From a virus (taxonomy: Duplodnaviria; Caudoviricetes): a DNA stretch of 37,246 nucleotides. Every line of letters starts with the position of its first letter. Position 1 is the first letter of the stretch. Shown here piece by piece: positions 34,024-37,246 of this stretch. Location of the stretch: IMG/VR virus record IMGVR_UViG_3300027732_000060, positions 1 through 37,246 of that record. One strand, written 5' to 3'. A program made the translations under genes and the position numbers. The notes beneath the pieces are model-generated. The model saw only the letters and a list, made by a program, of their open reading frames with translations, had not been told where the DNA came from and did not search any database.

Positions 34024-36206
34024 TGCGCCATTCCATTAAGGTTGATGGGTGGAGGCACATTCGCCGCTGTCTGCACAGCCTGTTGGATGATTGCAGACTC
34101 TTGCGCCATGGCCTCCCGATCCATAGACTGCTGCGCTTGAATCTCAGCAGTGCTAATTTGTGTCTGGTACTTTAACTCAAGTTCATACTTCTTGAGCATT
34201 AAGTCTTGCGCCATTTGATCTCTTCGATAATCGTCATCACGGATCATCTGCTCACGCTTCAATTCCAACTCGGCAGCCTTCTTCTGGATGTCAGCTTGAA
34301 TCGACTGAGCCTGCACCTGCGCCAGCACTTCCTCTGGTGTCGGTTTCGGTGCATCGGCCTGTGGCATCTGATAGTCAGGCGGCAGGGTCTGTATGTAGCT
34401 AGATGCGTCCTTGAATCCAGACAACTCAATGATCTTCTGAAGACTGCGGATGTACATGGCCGGTGTCACGACAGGATTAGACAAACCAAACTGCTGCATG
34501 ATCTGCTCTTGCTTACCGGCGATCATGGTCAAACCCTGTATGCGCTCGTTGGTGTCACCATTACCGAGTCCGATATTGATGGTCACATCCATGTTGGCAT
34601 TCCACACGCGAGGATCAATCTGCACCCACTCATTGCGTAGACGTACCATGCGAGGCTTGTCCTGATGCGTTGTCATCAGATACAGAATGCCCTTGAATAG
34701 CTTCTTCATGCCCTCGGCCAAGAGTCGTGCCTGCAACTCCAAGCGGCTCTGGCTGGCGCTGACAGTGGCTGACACCGCCGCCTTGGTGGTTGACTGCAAC
34801 GCATCAGGGTCTAATCCCATCGCGGCCTTGCTCATTCCGGTGCGGTCTTCGCGCATCTGATCCATGTAGTCCAGCATAGGGAATGCGGCCTGACCAACGA
34901 ATGGAGTGCTGAACGGCTGCACCATGCCTGGCGCACGCATCCGAATAATTGCGCCGGTTTCGTTGTTCAGTACGTCATCAATATTGACCTGACCCTCAAC
35001 CACCGCCGTGCGCGGATGGATAGACTGCGCCAGCGAATCCAAGGTGTTTCGCAATATTTCGGATTTGATTTCTTGAATGTCATGCGTCAGATCGAATATC
35101 GACATGGCCTCAAGTGGTGAGGTGTGTGGCTCTGGATCGCAAGGAAAGTCAACGAAAGGAATGTAGCTGGCCGGTAGATTACGCACCACGGTGTAGCCAG
35201 ACCCCATGCAGCAGACCTTACGCAACTCGGCGATGCCGTCACCGTCAAAGTCCACGCGGATATAGGACTCAACGTACAAGACACGGCGTTGGCCAGGATT
35301 CAAACTGTCGCCCGAACCCATGGTGGTGCTCAACGGCTGCCGCGCCAAATACTCGTCATTGCTGTCTAGGTCGGTGCTGGAGATGTTCTCCTCAATCTCA
35401 TCCAACTCATAGCCCATGCCGAGCAAATCGTCCACGGTGGCCATCTGGCGGTGGCCAATGATGCCTGCATCCTCAAATGACCGCGCTCTGCGATCAAGCA
35501 CCAGCTCTTCGGGTGGCACGGCCATGATGCGGATACGGCCATCTTTGATGGTGCGCTTGATCTGTACGTCATGCAACATGGGTTGCTGCATAGGCATTGG
35601 CAGTCCGGTGGCTGGATCAACCTGTGGCTGCATCATGTCCATGGGCATAGATGGGTCTGGATAACTGACCACAATCTTGACCTCTGCGCCCTCTTGCAGC
35701 AACACCTGCACGGTCTGGTCATCGAGGCCGGAATAGTCATCGATTTTGACTTCTTCGGTTTCATCCCACCAATATTTGGCGATGCCGCACTTACGCACCA
35801 GCGAATCTTTGAACAACGCATAGGTGGTCATGAAACCGTTGTTGTCGTTGCTAAAAATATAGTTTGCGTAGTCGGTCGCCTGCTGAGTGCTGGCAACATC
35901 CTCCGGTCCACGCGGTACATACTCAACGACATTCTCGCTGCTGAAGAAGACCTTCATCAGACTTGGCAGCATGGCTGAAACAGTGTCGCGCACCTCCATC
36001 GCAACCACCTGAGAGCGCCCATCTTCCTCGTTTCCAAAGGGGTCGCCACGGTAATACTCTGTACCCTTGGCGCGAATGGGGGAGACATCGGCATCAATGT
36101 AGCTGACAGCGTCCTCCAGCTCACCGGCCACAATGCCCTGCAACTCGGTATCGTCCATCGGATTGGTGGCGGCCATGTCAGTGTTTAATTGCATATCGTT
36201 AATCAT
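34020..36206 (-). CDS. Portal protein
   Basis: 728 aa; YYRG..GRSQVV..K.GIAK..DIQ.IKS..R..D..RTG; Gln-rich C-terminal barrel; position. Confidence 0.9.
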   Translation of the reverse strand: MINDMQLNTDMAATNPMDDTELQGIVAGELEDAVSYIDADVSPIRAKGTEYYRGDPFGNEEDGRSQVVAMEVRDTVSAMLPSLMKVFFSSENVVEYVPRGPEDVASTQQATDYANYIFSNDNNGFMTTYALFKDSLVRKCGIAKYWWDETEEVKIDDYSGLDDQTVQVLLQEGAEVKIVVSYPDPSMPMDMMQPQVDPATGLPMPMQQPMLHDVQIKRTIKDGRIRIMAVPPEELVLDRRARSFEDAGIIGHRQMATVDDLLGMGYELDEIEENISSTDLDSNDEYLARQPLSTTMGSGDSLNPGQRRVLYVESYIRVDFDGDGIAELRKVCCMGSGYTVVRNLPASYIPFVDFPCDPEPHTSPLEAMSIFDLTHDIQEIKSEILRNTLDSLAQSIHPRTAVVEGQVNIDDVLNNETGAIIRMRAPGMVQPFSTPFVGQAAFPMLDYMDQMREDRTGMSKAAMGLDPDALQSTTKAAVSATVSASQSRLELQARLLAEGMKKLFKGILYLMTTHQDKPRMVRLRNEWVQIDPRVWNANMDVTINIGLGNGDTNERIQGLTMIAGKQEQIMQQFGLSNPVVTPAMYIRSLQKIIELSGFKDASSYIQTLPPDYQMPQADAPKPTPEEVLAQVQAQSIQADIQKKAAELELKREQMIRDDDYRRDQMAQDLMLKKYELELKYQTQISTAEIQAQQSMDREAMAQESAIIQQAVQTAANVPPPINLNGMAQ

Positions 36207-36700
36207 GCTGGTACTTTCTTCAAAATCACATACATAGAATCAACTGCGCGAGGCAGTCTCATTATTTCATCTTGCGGCAATTTTAGGCTTGCACCGTACT
36301 CGCTGAGACGCATCTCCAAATGCGTCAACTCAAACCGACTGCCTTTCCAGCCCAAGTACCACGCCCACTCGCAGTAGTACACCCAAGATTTTTCGTTAAA
36401 CGCTCTGACATGAGTCGGGTCTTGCCACGCGCCATGACTCAAGTCATACGGCACATGAATGTGCATCTCACCACCCATCTCCAGCAAATCGCGGCAGTTG
36501 GTCATGGCCGTCACCAGATCAGGTATGTGCTCCAACACATCATTGGCGATGATCTTGGAAAACTGACGGTCAATTGTCATTGGCTTGCCAATGTCAACAA
36601 CCCAATCAGCGCCAACATCGGAACGAATGTCAGCATTCACGCAATCGGCACGGCGATCCTTGCCCGAACCGAGATTAAGAGTTAAACCACTGTTTTGCAT
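36203..36700 (-). CDS. Class I SAM-dependent methyltransferase
   Basis: LNLGSG, NAD, DVLEHI, L..GG..I.VP, DPTH; no DNA-MTase DPPY or PC motif. Confidence 0.85.
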   Translation of the reverse strand: MQNSGLTLNLGSGKDRRADCVNADIRSDVGADWVVDIGKPMTIDRQFSKIIANDVLEHIPDLVTAMTNCRDLLEMGGEMHIHVPYDLSHGAWQDPTHVRAFNEKSWVYYCEWAWYLGWKGSRFELTHLEMRLSEYGASLKLPQDEIMRLPRAVDSMYVILKKVPA

Positions 36701-37246
36701 ATTCCGGTCTGTTTTTTAATAGCCACGGTATCGCGGCCTTGGTCAGTGCGTCACCGTTCATGCCCACAGTTTGGCTGCCAATGTGATGCACATAAGACCG
36801 GCTCAGGTAGTGGTGAAAGCCAGCCGCAATCAGGTCAGCGCAATGCACATCATCCGAGTACCAATTCAGTGGTGGAAACTTTGCAGCCTCCCACGCATCA
36901 GCACCAATCCATGCAAAGATAGGGGATGGGCATTCCAGCGGCACAATTGCGTCCTCGTATGGGTACTTGAAGTAGTGCAGCTTCTGGTCAAAGGGGTTAG
37001 AACGCACATTTTGCACAGGTCTGGCCGCATCACAACGCGCTGAAACCCAGCCCACAGGCTCACCGGTTTCCTCTTTCAACTGCGCCACATCCTCCATCAG
37101 CAGCCGGTAACTGGTGGGTGTCAGCACAATATCGTCATTGGCGCAGATCACTGACTCAAACCCATCGGCAAAGGCTTTGTCAATGATCTCGTTGTAGTCC
37201 TGACCGAAATTGTGCGGCGCACCAAACACTTTTAGATCAGCGTCAA
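36350..37246 (+). repeat. Imperfect terminal direct repeat, copy B
   Basis: Matches 1-897 at ~93% identity. Confidence 0.97.
36675..37246 (-). CDS. Glycosyltransferase, 3' part (allele of 326..1024)
   Basis: 7 aa differences from 326..1024 over the shared region. Confidence 0.75.
   Translation of the reverse strand, partial: DADLKVFGAPHNFGQDYNEIIDKAFADGFESVICANDDIVLTPTSYRLLMEDVAQLKEETGEPVGWVSARCDAARPVQNVRSNPFDQKLHYFKYPYEDAIVPLECPSPIFAWIGADAWEAAKFPPLNWYSDDVHCADLIAAGFHHYLSRSYVHHIGSQTVGMNGDALTKAAIPWLLKNRPEYAKQWFNS

Larger units (their letters stand above)
1..37246. mobile_element. Apparently complete podovirus-like dsDNA phage genome (unit length ~36,349 bp)
   Basis: Terminase, portal, scaffold, capsid, tail, ejection, lysis and replication genes all present; ends overlap by 897 bp; no tape-measure or sheath gene; no host genes. 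Confidence 0.93.

Noticed and set aside
13206-36202. Many plus-strand ORFs of 60-207 aa in the late region
   Set aside because: Antisense shadows of well-supported minus-strand genes, without RBS or motifs
36203-36700. Anti-restriction DNA methyltransferase
   Set aside because: Lacks DPPY/NPPY or PC motifs, is short, and is coupled to a glycosyltransferase
1-37246. Stop-codon reassignment (TAG is rare as a stop)
   Set aside because: Core genes are full length in the standard code; no suppressor tRNA seen
1-37246. Integrase, ParA/ParB, DNA polymerase or tape-measure genes
   Set aside because: No ORF shows the motifs; a remote homologue among the hypotheticals cannot be excluded without a search

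Overview
This window appears to be a complete ~36.3-kb circular (circularly permuted) genome of a tailed, podovirus-type dsDNA phage with a Gram-negative host (spanins present; an aquatic betaproteobacterial host is my inference). Bases 1-897 recur at 36350-37246 at ~93% identity (about 59 substitutions by hand count), most likely two strain alleles joined by the assembler. Minus-strand order: Cro-like HTH, RuvC-like resolvase, Cas4-like DUF2800 nuclease, probable SSB, primase-helicase with a downstream iteron origin, TerS, TerL, small basic proteins, glycosyltransferase, methyltransferase, portal, scaffold, major capsid, a second glycosyltransferase, adaptor, tail fibres, a large lysis cassette, tail nozzle and ejection proteins. 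A divergent plus-strand operon holds small early genes. No integrase, DNA polymerase, tRNA or CRISPR was seen. Most notable: (1) a terS-terL intergenic cluster of host chromosome signals (DnaA boxes, IHF site, dif-like Xer site, tandem KOPS); (2) an endonuclease III-like glycosylase domain with intact Lys/Asp spacing inside the largest putative ejection protein; (3) a ~200-nt structured RNA candidate after terL and an sRNA candidate in the switch region; (4) a probable virion glycosylation set; (5) a second spanin-like pair and an AUU-start gene in the lysis cassette. All calls are from motif reading; no database searches were run.
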